A stretch of DNA of 64,000 bases from positions 3,360,001 to 3,424,000 of the forward strand of contig OY970194.1 in assembly GCA_963708075.1 (NCBI GenBank), read 5' to 3'. The position numbers were made by a program, and so were the translations under genes. Shown one piece after another: positions 18,928-28,755 of this stretch (position 1 is the stretch's first letter; each line of letters begins with the position of its first letter). This DNA comes from Sedimentisphaerales bacterium (GTDB taxonomy: Bacteria > Planctomycetota > Phycisphaerae > Sedimentisphaerales > Anaerobacaceae). The notes beneath the pieces were generated by a model, which saw only the letters and a list, made by a program, of their open reading frames with translations, searched no databases and was not told the origin of the DNA.

Positions 18928-20532
18928 ATGCTGACAATCGCAAAGTCGTCTGTTCGGTCTGAGAATGCGGCAAGCCTGGGACGTGGAGCCAGATCGGCGT
19001 TCCTGCATCTTTTGCTTATCTGGATCGTGCCGGCGTGCCAGCCGGCAGCGCTCGCGGCACCGGATAAACTCGGCCCCGCTCTTCGCCAGGTGGAGCGACG
19101 GCTCGACGAGGAAGCCGGGAGGGATGCCTTTGAGCCGAATTCCCTCGCGTTTCAGCGGGCCACGGGAGAAACGCCTGCCAGAGAGGTCGCCTCGAAAAAG
19201 CCCGCCGCCGAGTATGTGCTGACGCTGGACGACTGCCTTCGACTGGCGTTCACTCAGAACAACGAGATCAAGCAGACGCGCGAGCAGATCCTTGGCGTCG
19301 GCGGCAGCAAGATCATCGCCAATTCGCGATTCCTGCCCGCCATCGAGTTGATCAACCAGTACGAGCGTCTCAGCGACTTCGATGCGGACGCAAAGGCGGA
19401 AAGCTACTCGTTCGGCGCCAGGATCACACAGCGAATCCTCGAATACGGCAAGGACAACCCCATCGACGTCACGCTGCGGGCGGAGCAGCGTGACGCCTTA
19501 TTCACCTATGAGACGCAGGTGGCGAGGGTGTTCTCACAGGTCCGCCGGAACTTCCTGCTGATCAAGCTGAAAGAGCAGCAGATCGCCACGCGCCAGGAGT
19601 TGCTGGAGCAGTTTGAGAAACAGTACGAGGTGAAACAACAGCGGTTGGAGGCGGGCAATCTCAGCGTCAAGATCGAGGTCCTGACAGCCCGGCTGAACGT
19701 CCTCAACGAGCGGACCCGCATCAACACGCTGAGCCGGGAGAGGTTCAACCGCATCATGGAATTGTTGCGGCTGGTCGGCCTGCCGGTCAGCGCAGACCGG
19801 ATCGTGCTTATCGGCGAGTTGGATGACTTTGGCCTTGGTCCATTCGATGCGGAGCAGATGGTCCGGCTTGCTCTGGCTCAAAGCAGTGGCGTGGCGCTGG
19901 CCCAGGCGATTGTGGGCGAAGGAGAAAGGTCGCTCGACCAGATTCGCTACGAGTACTGGCCGGACTTGCGATTCACCAGCGGCTACCAGGACCGCAACGG
20001 CAGCGCCGGGGCAACGATCTCCAATCAGAATGATACCTGGGGCCTCGACGTGATCGGCCAGCCGCGACTGCCGAGTTCCAGGGATGAAAGGGGACGAGGC
20101 CTGGGCCTCTTTGGAGATGAGGTGACGCTGGGCAGCCCGGACCCGGGCTGGTTTGCCGGGCTGCAACTGCGAATCCCGCTGGCTGATGGCAACATTCGCA
20201 AGGGCGAGAAGATCGAGGCCAGGGCCTTTCTCAACGCCGTCCGGGCGGCTCTTGCCGACCAGAAAGACCTCGTCGAGCTAGGGGTCCGTCAAAGCTACAA
20301 ATTCCTGGCCGAGCAGAATTTTCAGGTCGAAGTGGAACAGGAGAACGTCAAGATCGAGCGGGAGAGATTCCAGATCCAGGAGGAATTGAGGAACGCCGGC
20401 AAGATCACCGACGATCAGTTGGAGACGTTCCGCCGAACATTCTTCGCGGCTCAGGACGACCTGTTTCTCGCCCAGGAGGACCTGATCCAGCGACAGGAAG
20501 ATCTGCGTCTGACGATACGCTATTTCAAGTGA
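18928..20532 (+). CDS. TolC-family outer membrane efflux protein
   Basis: 'LTLDDCLRLAFTQN', two helical repeats with 'RFLPAI' and 'EYWPDL' strands, 'LQLRIPL', 'AGNLS'/'AGKIT' turns. Confidence 0.8.
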   Translation: MLTIAKSSVRSENAASLGRGARSAFLHLLLIWIVPACQPAALAAPDKLGPALRQVERRLDEEAGRDAFEPNSLAFQRATGETPAREVASKKPAAEYVLTLDDCLRLAFTQNNEIKQTREQILGVGGSKIIANSRFLPAIELINQYERLSDFDADAKAESYSFGARITQRILEYGKDNPIDVTLRAEQRDALFTYETQVARVFSQVRRNFLLIKLKEQQIATRQELLEQFEKQYEVKQQRLEAGNLSVKIEVLTARLNVLNERTRINTLSRERFNRIMELLRLVGLPVSADRIVLIGELDDFGLGPFDAEQMVRLALAQSSGVALAQAIVGEGERSLDQIRYEYWPDLRFTSGYQDRNGSAGATISNQNDTWGLDVIGQPRLPSSRDERGRGLGLFGDEVTLGSPDPGWFAGLQLRIPLADGNIRKGEKIEARAFLNAVRAALADQKDLVELGVRQSYKFLAEQNFQVEVEQENVKIERERFQIQEELRNAGKITDDQLETFRRTFFAAQDDLFLAQEDLIQRQEDLRLTIRYFK

Positions 20533-20545
20533 GGTGTGAAGGGAC

Positions 20546-22153
20546 ATGAGCGAGCGCAGCAAAATGGGATCGGCCGCACTGGCCGTACTCGTGCAGATGT
20601 CACTGGCACTGGCGGCCGGCATACAGGGCAATGAACCCAACAATCCACCCTCGGCGGAGGAGGCGACAAAGACCCGTACACAATTGCTCAACGAGCTGAA
20701 CCTCCGCACGGCGCAGGTCGATCTGGAGCACGCCAGGGAGGCCTACGAGCGCTATGAGGCCGAGCACAAGGAGGCGCAGGTCCTGTTCCAGAAAGGGATC
20801 ATGTCCCGCAAGGAGTTGGACGAGGCCGTGTCCGCCTACGCGCGGGCGGCACAGCAACTGAAGCAGGCGGAGATTCTATTGGAGAAGACCCGGCTGAGCT
20901 TCCTGGCCAATGCCACGCACATCACGATCGTGGAAGCCAAGAAGTACTACGACAACGAGGGCAGGCGCAAGCTTGACCTGGTCCTGAAGAACACCTCCAA
21001 TCTGCCCCAGGCCGAGTCAGCCCTCAGCCATCACGACCCCAACCTGCCGTCGCAGCCGACCTGGCAGAATCCCGAGCAGATCCGGGCCCTGCTCAACGTG
21101 GAGAACATCATCGTCTCGGTGGTCAAGGACACCGCCAGCATCAGCAAGCCGTATGAGGAAATCATCCCCGTCCTACCCTACGGCCAGCAGAAGAAGGTTG
21201 TTTTCGAGTTGCTCACCGACGTCGAGCAGGCGGGCGTCAAGCTCCAGTACCTGGACCAGACCGTCACGAACAGCATCTACCTGGAGAAGGAATCCCTGCA
21301 GGAGACTCCCACAGTCGTGGCCTCGCAGTTCTCGCTGGAGGGGGAGCTTGGCCAGGACGTACGTTATGACCTGGGACTGGAGATGCTGGTGACCTCGGAC
21401 CGCAACTTTTCGCTGGCCGTGACGAACATGCCCCCGCAGATCAATTGCTATTTTGTGGATTCAAGCAGCGGGTCGCGCGTCACGAGCGTGCGATTCACGC
21501 AGGAGGTCAGCAAGCACAACCTGAGCCTGCGCGCCTCGATTCCTCGCAAGCTTGACGTCGCCATGATTGATAAGCGGGTCGATTTCCAGGTCTGGGTCAC
21601 GACACCTGCTCAGATCGACCTGATCAATAAGCAGAAACGTCAGCACCCGGATACCGACTTGAGCAGCGAGGAGCTCGACCAGGTCGGCGCCGGCCGGATG
21701 GACCTGTCGCTCATTCCCAGGGGCGCCGGCCGACTCGAGATCCTCATCAACAACCTGTATTCTGAGATCAAGCCGCAGGAGCCCGTGATCATCCAGGCCG
21801 ACCTGCACAACGACGGAACGTTGACCCTGTTCAACATCGTCCCCGAGATCTCGCCGCCCCTGCGATGGGAGGCCGAGGTCGAGCCCAAGATCATCGAGCG
21901 GATGCAGCCGAACGAGCGGCAGAGTCTTCGCATCCGCCTGCAGCCGGGGGCCGATGTCGGCGTGGGCGAGTATGAGGCCCAGATCGAGGCCCGCGGCCAG
22001 TCCGGCAGCGAGACCATCGAAGCTCTCGAAAAGCGAGTGAAAGTCCGGATTAACGCGGAAACGAATATCAAGGCCAACCTGCTGCTGGTGGGTGGCCTGG
22101 TGTCCCTGATCGTCGTTATCATGGTCTTCGGCGTGAAACTCAGTCGCCGATGA
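20546..22153 (+). CDS. Exported, C-terminally membrane-anchored protein with N-terminal adaptor-like coiled-coil hairpin and Ig-like (NEW3-like) domains
   Basis: Signal peptide, hairpin 'AQVLFQKGIMSRKELDEA', beta-rich middle, 'LHNDGTLTLFNI...PPLRWEAEVEP...PGADVGVGEYEAQIEA', final TM helix plus 'KLSRR'. Confidence 0.65.
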   Translation: MSERSKMGSAALAVLVQMSLALAAGIQGNEPNNPPSAEEATKTRTQLLNELNLRTAQVDLEHAREAYERYEAEHKEAQVLFQKGIMSRKELDEAVSAYARAAQQLKQAEILLEKTRLSFLANATHITIVEAKKYYDNEGRRKLDLVLKNTSNLPQAESALSHHDPNLPSQPTWQNPEQIRALLNVENIIVSVVKDTASISKPYEEIIPVLPYGQQKKVVFELLTDVEQAGVKLQYLDQTVTNSIYLEKESLQETPTVVASQFSLEGELGQDVRYDLGLEMLVTSDRNFSLAVTNMPPQINCYFVDSSSGSRVTSVRFTQEVSKHNLSLRASIPRKLDVAMIDKRVDFQVWVTTPAQIDLINKQKRQHPDTDLSSEELDQVGAGRMDLSLIPRGAGRLEILINNLYSEIKPQEPVIIQADLHNDGTLTLFNIVPEISPPLRWEAEVEPKIIERMQPNERQSLRIRLQPGADVGVGEYEAQIEARGQSGSETIEALEKRVKVRINAETNIKANLLLVGGLVSLIVVIMVFGVKLSRR

Positions 22154-22169
22154 AAGCCGGAGAAGTGCG

Positions 22170-22268
22170 GTGTTTCGTACATTGGTTGCCAAGGAAATTC
22201 TTGAGACGGTGCTCGATCTTCGCTTAGCCGTCGCGTCTGTGCAATTCAGCAAATACGACGTTCGGTAA
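22170..22268 (+). pseudogene. 32-codon internally deleted ABC permease remnant
   Basis: GTG-started 'MFRTLVAKEILETVLDLRLAVASVQFSKYDVR*' with GGAG RBS. It is the N-terminus and C-terminus of the neighbouring permease family joined in frame. Confidence 0.8.
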
Positions 22269-22310
22269 CTGGGATTAGCGAATAGGCAATGAGAAACGGG
22301 AGAAACAAAG

Positions 22311-23030
22311 ATGATTGAACTAAGGGAACTGACCAAGCGTTACGAGGATGGCATTTTGGCGCTGGACCACGTCAGCTACACGATCCAGCCGGGCGAGATC
22401 TTCTGCCTGCTCGGCGCCAACGGGGCCGGCAAGACCACCACCGTGAACATCCTGCTGGATTTCATCCAGCCCACGAGCGGCTCGGCCTTTCTCAATGGCC
22501 ACGACTGCAACCGCTTCCCACTCGAGGCCAAGAAGTACGTTTCCTATGTTTCGGAGAACGTGCAGCTCTACGGCATGTTCACCGCACGGCAGAACCTGCG
22601 GTTCTTCGCGGAGCTCGGCGGCAAGAAGGGTCTGAAGAACCAGGAGCTGGACAACGTCATGCGCTCCGTGGGCCTGCCCGAGAAGGCGCTGACCATGCGG
22701 CTGAAGAACTACTCCAAGGGCATGCGCCAGAAGCTCGGCATCGCCATCGCCTTGATCAAGGACCCGCCCGCGATCATCATGGACGAGCCCACTAGCGGCC
22801 TCGACCCGAGAAGCGCCAATGAGTTTCTCGACCAGTTGCGAAAGCTCCGCGAGCGGGGCAAGGCTATCCTGATAACTACGCACGACATCTTCCGGGCCAA
22901 GCAGATTGCCGACCGTGTCGGCATCATGAAGCAGGGCCGCCTCGTCGCCGTGCGCAAGCGCGATGAGTTCAAGCACGCCGACCTGGAACAGATTTACCTG
23001 CGCGAGATGGAAGCGGCCGAAGCGGTCTGA
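22311..23030 (+). CDS. ABC transporter ATP-binding protein (ABC-2/drug-exporter type)
   Basis: Walker A 'GANGAGKTT', signature 'YSKGMRQK', Walker B 'IIMDEP', H-switch 'ITTHD'. Confidence 0.95.
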   Translation: MIELRELTKRYEDGILALDHVSYTIQPGEIFCLLGANGAGKTTTVNILLDFIQPTSGSAFLNGHDCNRFPLEAKKYVSYVSENVQLYGMFTARQNLRFFAELGGKKGLKNQELDNVMRSVGLPEKALTMRLKNYSKGMRQKLGIAIALIKDPPAIIMDEPTSGLDPRSANEFLDQLRKLRERGKAILITTHDIFRAKQIADRVGIMKQGRLVAVRKRDEFKHADLEQIYLREMEAAEAV

Positions 23031-23069
23031 TCGCCGCCAATGGCCGGCTGTCAATGGAGGGACCAAATC

Positions 23070-24602
23070 ATGATCTGGAAAATCGCAGCCAAGGAATTCC
23101 TGCTGAACCTGATGACGTTCAAGTTCGTCGTGGGGACGATCCTGTGCATTGTCCTGGTGACAATCTTCGTGCCGGTGCTGGCGGAGGACTACCGGCAGAG
23201 ACTTCAGCAGTACGATCAACGGGTCGCAGACAACGAGGCCAAGTTGCGGGAGGTTAAAGCCTACCGGGTGCTCACGCCGACCGTGTATCGCCGGCCGCAG
23301 GTGCTTTCGGTCTTCAGCCAAGGCATGGAGAAGCGTCTGGGCGATTCGGCGAGGATCGACTTCGGCGTGATCCCCCAGATCGATGCCGGGCCGGCCGAGG
23401 TGAATCCATACCTGTCCATCTTCCCTGCGTTCGATGTCTTGCTGATCTTCAAGATCGTCATGAGCGCCTTGGCCCTGCTCGTGGCCTACGATGTCATTTC
23501 CCGTGAGAAGGAACAGGGCACGCTGAGTCTAATGCTGGCCCATCCTCTGCGCCGGGGACACGTGCTGCTCGGAAAGCTCGCCGCAGGGTCATTGACGTTG
23601 GCGGCTCCCACGACAGTCGCATTCATCGTCGGCCTGCTGTTGCTCTCGACCTCTCACTCGGCCGCGTTGGATGCGTCCGATTGGGTGAGAATCGCCGCGA
23701 TGTACGTTGTCTCCCTGCTATTCGTGTTAAGCATGTACAACATCGGCCTGCTGTTTTCATGTCTGACCCGAAGCTCGGCACTGGCGCTGGTCTTGGGGCT
23801 GTTCTTCTGGGTACTCGCTGTCGCGGTGGTCCCGGATGGCAGCGTCTACCTCGCCCGGCGTCTCCAACCCGTTCAAGCCGTGGAGACAAGAGATGAGCAG
23901 GTTGCTGCGCTCACAAAACAGTTCAGCGAGGACTTGTACGCAAGACTGGATGGCCTGCCCGACGGTGGGATAGAGCACGATGCGGGGGGCCCATTTGAAC
24001 CCTATGGGCCGCTGGGAGGCACGTTCGCTTACTATGCCACGATATGCACACCTGCAGGGTTAGACGCTTGGACGCGACGCGTTCAGGTCGAGGCGGCCGT
24101 GAAGATGGAGTATGCCGACAAGCTGCAAGACGTCGGCCGGCAATACGCCGACAGCCAACTCAGGCAGGCGGGTCTGGCCAAGTGCATCGGCATGATCTCG
24201 CCGACTTGCCTCTACGACAGTACTATGAGCGCGCTGGCGGGAACAGACGTGACGGCCTTTCAGTCGTGGGCGCAGACCGCCGGCGCATACCGCGAGGCCC
24301 TGATCACCTACATTCGCAATAAGACCGACAACCTGTGCTCCCCATCATATATCACTCAGTCCACTGAGGCGGAACGCATCGCATGGGAGAAAGCTCCCGA
24401 TCCTGAGCGCGACACGTTGAGAGAAGCGGCTGATCGACACACCGTTCCCCTGAACCTCCAAGACCTCCCGGCGTTCAGATACTCTGCCGATGTCATCCAG
24501 AGCCTTCGCGGGGCCGGGATCGATCTGATTCTATTGATAGCTTTCAACGTGCTGTTCTTTGCGTTGTCCTTCGCGGCGTTCCAGAAGTATGACGTGAGAT
24601 GA
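23070..24602 (+). CDS. ABC-2-type permease, paralogue A1
   Basis: 'MIWKIAAKEFLLNL', 'ISREKEQGTLSLML...VLLGK', multiple TM helices, large extracytoplasmic loops, ends 'KYDVR'. GGAGG RBS. Confidence 0.85.
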   Translation: MIWKIAAKEFLLNLMTFKFVVGTILCIVLVTIFVPVLAEDYRQRLQQYDQRVADNEAKLREVKAYRVLTPTVYRRPQVLSVFSQGMEKRLGDSARIDFGVIPQIDAGPAEVNPYLSIFPAFDVLLIFKIVMSALALLVAYDVISREKEQGTLSLMLAHPLRRGHVLLGKLAAGSLTLAAPTTVAFIVGLLLLSTSHSAALDASDWVRIAAMYVVSLLFVLSMYNIGLLFSCLTRSSALALVLGLFFWVLAVAVVPDGSVYLARRLQPVQAVETRDEQVAALTKQFSEDLYARLDGLPDGGIEHDAGGPFEPYGPLGGTFAYYATICTPAGLDAWTRRVQVEAAVKMEYADKLQDVGRQYADSQLRQAGLAKCIGMISPTCLYDSTMSALAGTDVTAFQSWAQTAGAYREALITYIRNKTDNLCSPSYITQSTEAERIAWEKAPDPERDTLREAADRHTVPLNLQDLPAFRYSADVIQSLRGAGIDLILLIAFNVLFFALSFAAFQKYDVR

Positions 24603-24641
24603 ACCGAATGGCGACTTGATCGCTTCGGCGGAGAAACCATC

Positions 24642-26060
24642 ATGTTCTACCGGATTGTACGGAAAGAAATCCTTGAGAACTTGCTGAGCCTGCGATTCAC
24701 GCTTTCGCTGCTGCTGACGGTATCACTCTTCGCGGCCGCCGCCTTCGTGTTTGTCGATGACCACCGGGAGCAACTGGATAACTACTGGCGCAGAACGAAT
24801 GCGAACGTCGCTGGCTTCCGGGAGCAGGCGGATCAACTGAACAAGGTCGCCTTCTATGAGCAGCACGTGTACAGCCGGCCGAAGCTGCTGGCGCTATGCG
24901 ACGGAGGATTCGAGCAGTCGCTTCCCCGACACGTCAGCTTCACCGGGTTCCGCATCGACCTGCCCCGACTCGCGGGCCAGAGCAATTTCGCCCTGCCGCG
25001 CTTCGCCTGCCTGGACTGGTCCTTCATCATCTCGCTGATTTTCAGCTTCATCGCATTTGTCTTCACATACGATTCCGTCTGTGGCGAGCGGGAACGGGGC
25101 ACGCTGCGTCTCATGCTGGCCGGGGCGGTGCCGAGGACCACGGTTCTTCTGGGCAAGTATGCCGGCCTGATGCTTACCCTGGGCATCCCCCTGCTGCTGG
25201 GGCTGCTGGTAAGTCTGATCATCGTGAGCGTATCGCAGATCGATGCATTTCACACCGGCACGTGGGCGAAAGTGCTGAGCATCGTCGCACTCTCTTTCAT
25301 CTACCTGTCTATTTTCGTGTTCATAGGCCTGTTCATATCCGCCCGGGCGTCGCGGCCGGCGAATTGCATGGCCACTCTGTTGTTTCTGTGGGTGACTCTG
25401 GTGATCCTCGTTCCGAGCCTGGGGAGGATCGCTGCGGACAAGCTTGGCCGTGGTTCACCACCCGTGGATCTGTACAAGGCCAAGGCCGAGGCCGTGCGCC
25501 GGGTGGAGGATGACGTTGGGGCCGGCAAATTTGGCGAACGTGCCGGCGCACGCACCCCCAATCCCAAGGAATGCAACCCGTCGGCGAGGGCACGGTACTG
25601 CAACGCCGAGGCGGAAGCGGTCAACCAGGTCATCGAAAGCTACCACAATCAGATGCTGGCCCAGGCCTTCGCCGGCCGCAGGCTCACGCGAATCTCCCCG
25701 GCCGTGGTGTATCGCACCGCCTCGGAGGCCTTTGCCGGCACTGGAATGCGTCGCTGCATCAATCTGTTTCGTCAAGTCCGGCAATACCAGGTGCAGCTTC
25801 GCGAATACGTGATCGGCGAGGACCGGGGTGATCCAGACAGTCTTCACCTGCTCTTCGACGAGGCGCATTCCGTCGCGGAGTGGAATGCGATCTCCAAGAA
25901 GCCTGTGAGTTTCGAAGGCGTGCCAACGTTCCAGGAGCGGGACTTCACGCTGGGTGAATCCCTGAGACTGGCCGTGTGGGACCTCGGCGCGCTGGCCCTG
26001 TTCAATCTGGTCTTCTTTGCGGCCGCTTTTGCTTCTTTTCTCAGGTATGACGTTCGGTGA
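24642..26060 (+). CDS. ABC-2-type permease, paralogue B1
   Basis: 'IVRKEILENLLSLRF', 'CGERERGTLRLML...VLLGKY', ends 'RYDVR'. Confidence 0.85.
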   Translation: MFYRIVRKEILENLLSLRFTLSLLLTVSLFAAAAFVFVDDHREQLDNYWRRTNANVAGFREQADQLNKVAFYEQHVYSRPKLLALCDGGFEQSLPRHVSFTGFRIDLPRLAGQSNFALPRFACLDWSFIISLIFSFIAFVFTYDSVCGERERGTLRLMLAGAVPRTTVLLGKYAGLMLTLGIPLLLGLLVSLIIVSVSQIDAFHTGTWAKVLSIVALSFIYLSIFVFIGLFISARASRPANCMATLLFLWVTLVILVPSLGRIAADKLGRGSPPVDLYKAKAEAVRRVEDDVGAGKFGERAGARTPNPKECNPSARARYCNAEAEAVNQVIESYHNQMLAQAFAGRRLTRISPAVVYRTASEAFAGTGMRRCINLFRQVRQYQVQLREYVIGEDRGDPDSLHLLFDEAHSVAEWNAISKKPVSFEGVPTFQERDFTLGESLRLAVWDLGALALFNLVFFAAAFASFLRYDVR

Positions 26061-26084
26061 CTCAAGGAATGAAGGGAGATACTG

Positions 26085-27144
26085 ATGGCACGAGATGCTG
26101 CTAGATTGATTGCGGTCTCGGTTTTTTCCCTTGGCGTGCTCTTGTCCACGTGCGTCAGTGCGACATCAGCGGGAAACGATTCAAACCAAGCCGTGAGTCG
26201 GACGGCGTCCGCCGACAGCAACCGCCCCGCGGACGTGAACGAGGCTGTGCGTCCGGAGCAGAGAACCGAACAAGCTCGTCGCTTGGTGGAAGCTCGACGA
26301 CAACACCAGCGACAGCGTCGGCGCCATCGCTGGGACCGCAATTGGGAATCTGACCTATGCCTCCGGTAAGTCCGGGCAGGCACTCAGTCTCGACGGCGCC
26401 GGTTGCGTGGACTGCGGGAAACAGGACTCGCTGGATTTCGGCGCGGGCGACTGGGCCATATCCGCCTGGATAAAGACGACGCAGGCGGGCATAGAAAGCA
26501 CCAGCAAAGGAACCATCTTCGCCAATGGGGCGGACGAAGTCGGCGGGATACGGTACGCGCTGACTGTAAACGAAGTGGATTCGGGCAGGATTGCCCTGAC
26601 CACGGATGATGACCGGATGAAGGTACAGGCAACCGGCCGAACCGCCGTGAATGATGGAGCCTGGCACCATATCGTCGGGACAAGAGAAGGCGGGACGTTG
26701 CGCATCTATGTGGATGGCACGTTGGATGGAACGAGCGACCTTCCCGGCAAGCACGATCTCGCCGGCGCCTCCGGGCAAAACGCATATATCGGGGCCATCA
26801 GGGACAACAGGGACGGAAGCCTGTACAAGTACTTCGTCGGCCAGATCGATGAGGTTTGCGTCTTTGCGTGTGCGTTGGGCGACAGCCAAGCCAAGGCTTT
26901 GTACTCGGGCGCAGATCCGATGACGATTGCCGGCAGCGTGGATGACCAGCCAGCCACAACTGTCGATGCCATTGCGGTGGCCCCGGCGCCTGCGAAGAAG
27001 ACAGGCGGTAAGTGGTTTGGCCTGGCCGGGATCCTCGTGGCGGCCGGCCTGATTGCGTGGGCGTTTCGGTCCGTGATGAGACTGCCGATGAGTCGCAGGG
27101 ACATCAGCGGACCGCTGCGGCACCTGGCCCGCGGAGTGCCGGGT
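26085..27144 (+). CDS. Exported LamG/concanavalin-like domain with C-terminal TM helix; +1 frameshift at 26261-26267; reads in frame into the next permease
   Basis: Signal peptide in ORF 26085, then after the shift 'PNKLVAWWKLDDN...GKSGQALSLDG...ISAWIKT...DGAWHHIVG...IYVDG...GQIDEV'. No stop before ATG 27145. Confidence 0.7.
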
Positions 27145-28708
27145 ATGACCTGGAAGATCGCCAGGAAGGAATTCTTGCTGAACCTGATGACATTCAAGTT
27201 CACGGTGGGGACTGTGGTCTGCATCGTTCTGATGGCCGTGTTCATGCCCGGACTCGTGAGCGACTACGAGGAACGGCTGCAAAACTACAATGGGAATGTC
27301 GCCGGCAACGAGGCGGAGTTCCAGAAGGTCAAGGTCTATAACAATCTCACGCCCACCGTATACCGGGCGCCCACTGTCCTCTCGGTGTTCAGCAAAGGAA
27401 TCGTCGACCGTTTGGAGGCTTCGGAGCGGATCGACCTGGACGAGGTGTCTGGAACCGAGAACCGGTGTCGGGGAGGCGAACACGCTGCTCTCTGTCTTTC
27501 CGGCGATGGACGTGACGCTGATTCTCAAAATCGTCATCAGTGTCCTGGCCCTGCTCATGGCGTACGATGTCGTCTCCGGCGAGAGGGAGCAAGGAACGCT
27601 CCGGCTGATCCTGTCCAACACGACGCCCCGGCACCAGGTCCTGCTCGGCAAGCTCGTCGCGGGGTGGATGACCCTGGCGGTGCCGGTGACGGCGGCATTC
27701 ATCGTGGGCCTGTTGATCCTGCTGATGTCGAACGCCGTCAGCCTCGGCGGGGCAGACTGGCTTCGCATCGCGCTGATGTATCTCATCTCCCTGATCTTTG
27801 TCGGATCGATGTTCAACCTCGGACTCCTGCTGTCCTCCGTCAGCAGAAACTCCGCCATTTCCCTGGTTTTTGTGCTTTTTCTCTGGCTGGTCTTCGCGGC
27901 AATCCTTCCAAACGCCAGCGCCAACCTCGCCGCCCAGATCAGGCCGATCGAGTCTCCCGAGCAGTTCGCGGCCAAGCTCAAGGCGATCACGGACCAGCGC
28001 GACCAGGAAATCCGGGAGCTGGCCAGAGATGTCGATAGCAGCGGGGATCAATCGGAGTCCGACGCGGTGGGCGCCTTCGGCAATGGTCTCGTCCTGCTCT
28101 GCAACAAGGGCTACATGGACTACCACAGGCAGATGTATCCAATCACAGAGCCCTGCAAGATCCAGTGCATCGACAAGCTGTTGGACGTGAAGGCACAGTA
28201 CCTGAGCAGCCTGATGCGGCAGAAGCAGCTCGCGGACACCCTTTCCGGCATCACACCCATCCTCCTTTGCGAGCGCCTGATGTCGATGCTGGCGGGGACC
28301 GACTTCGGCAACTTCGGATCGTTTAAGAGTCGCGTGAGGGCGTACCGGCACGAAGTGGCGGACTACGTCCGCGACAAGACCGGGAATTTCTCCTCGGCGT
28401 GCTATTTCACACCCTACCCGGAAGGAGAGCACGAGAGATTGATGGAAGCGTACTTCAAGCCATATGAGGAGGCTCAGGACGAGAAGGCGAAAGCGAAGCT
28501 CTACGAAACCGCCAGGCAGAAGTACGAGCAGTTGGGGAAAGACGCGCCCACGCTTGCCCTGGAGGATTTTCCGAAGTTCACGTATCGGACCCAGCCCATC
28601 GCGGCGACACTGCAACAGGCGATTCCGGCCGCGGGGCTGTTGATCTTCGAAGGCGTCCTCTTCTTCGCATTGTCCTTTGTGGCGTTTCTCAGATATGACG
28701 TCAGATAA
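27145..28708 (+). CDS. ABC-2-type permease, paralogue A2; +1 frameshift at 27457-27463
   Basis: 'MTWKIARKEFLLNLMTFKF' is nearly identical to A1. It continues 'ETGVGEANTLLSVFPAMDV...SGEREQGTLRL' after removing one A, and ends 'RYDVR'. Confidence 0.8.
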
Positions 28709-28755
28709 CCTGCGGCCGTACCGGACAGAGTACTAAGCCTTTGGGAGAAAAACAC

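Noticed and set aside
18882..18930. Small precursor or cargo peptide gene at the head of the export operon
   Set aside because: There are fewer than 50 nt between the promoter and tolC start, and no credible ORF.
6653..27463. Programmed +1 ribosomal frameshifting at GAGAACC
   Set aside because: The motif occurs in different codon phases, in unrelated genes, and with no slippery run or shared stimulatory structure. Natural in-frame GAG-AAC-C occurs in intact genes (e.g. 17581).
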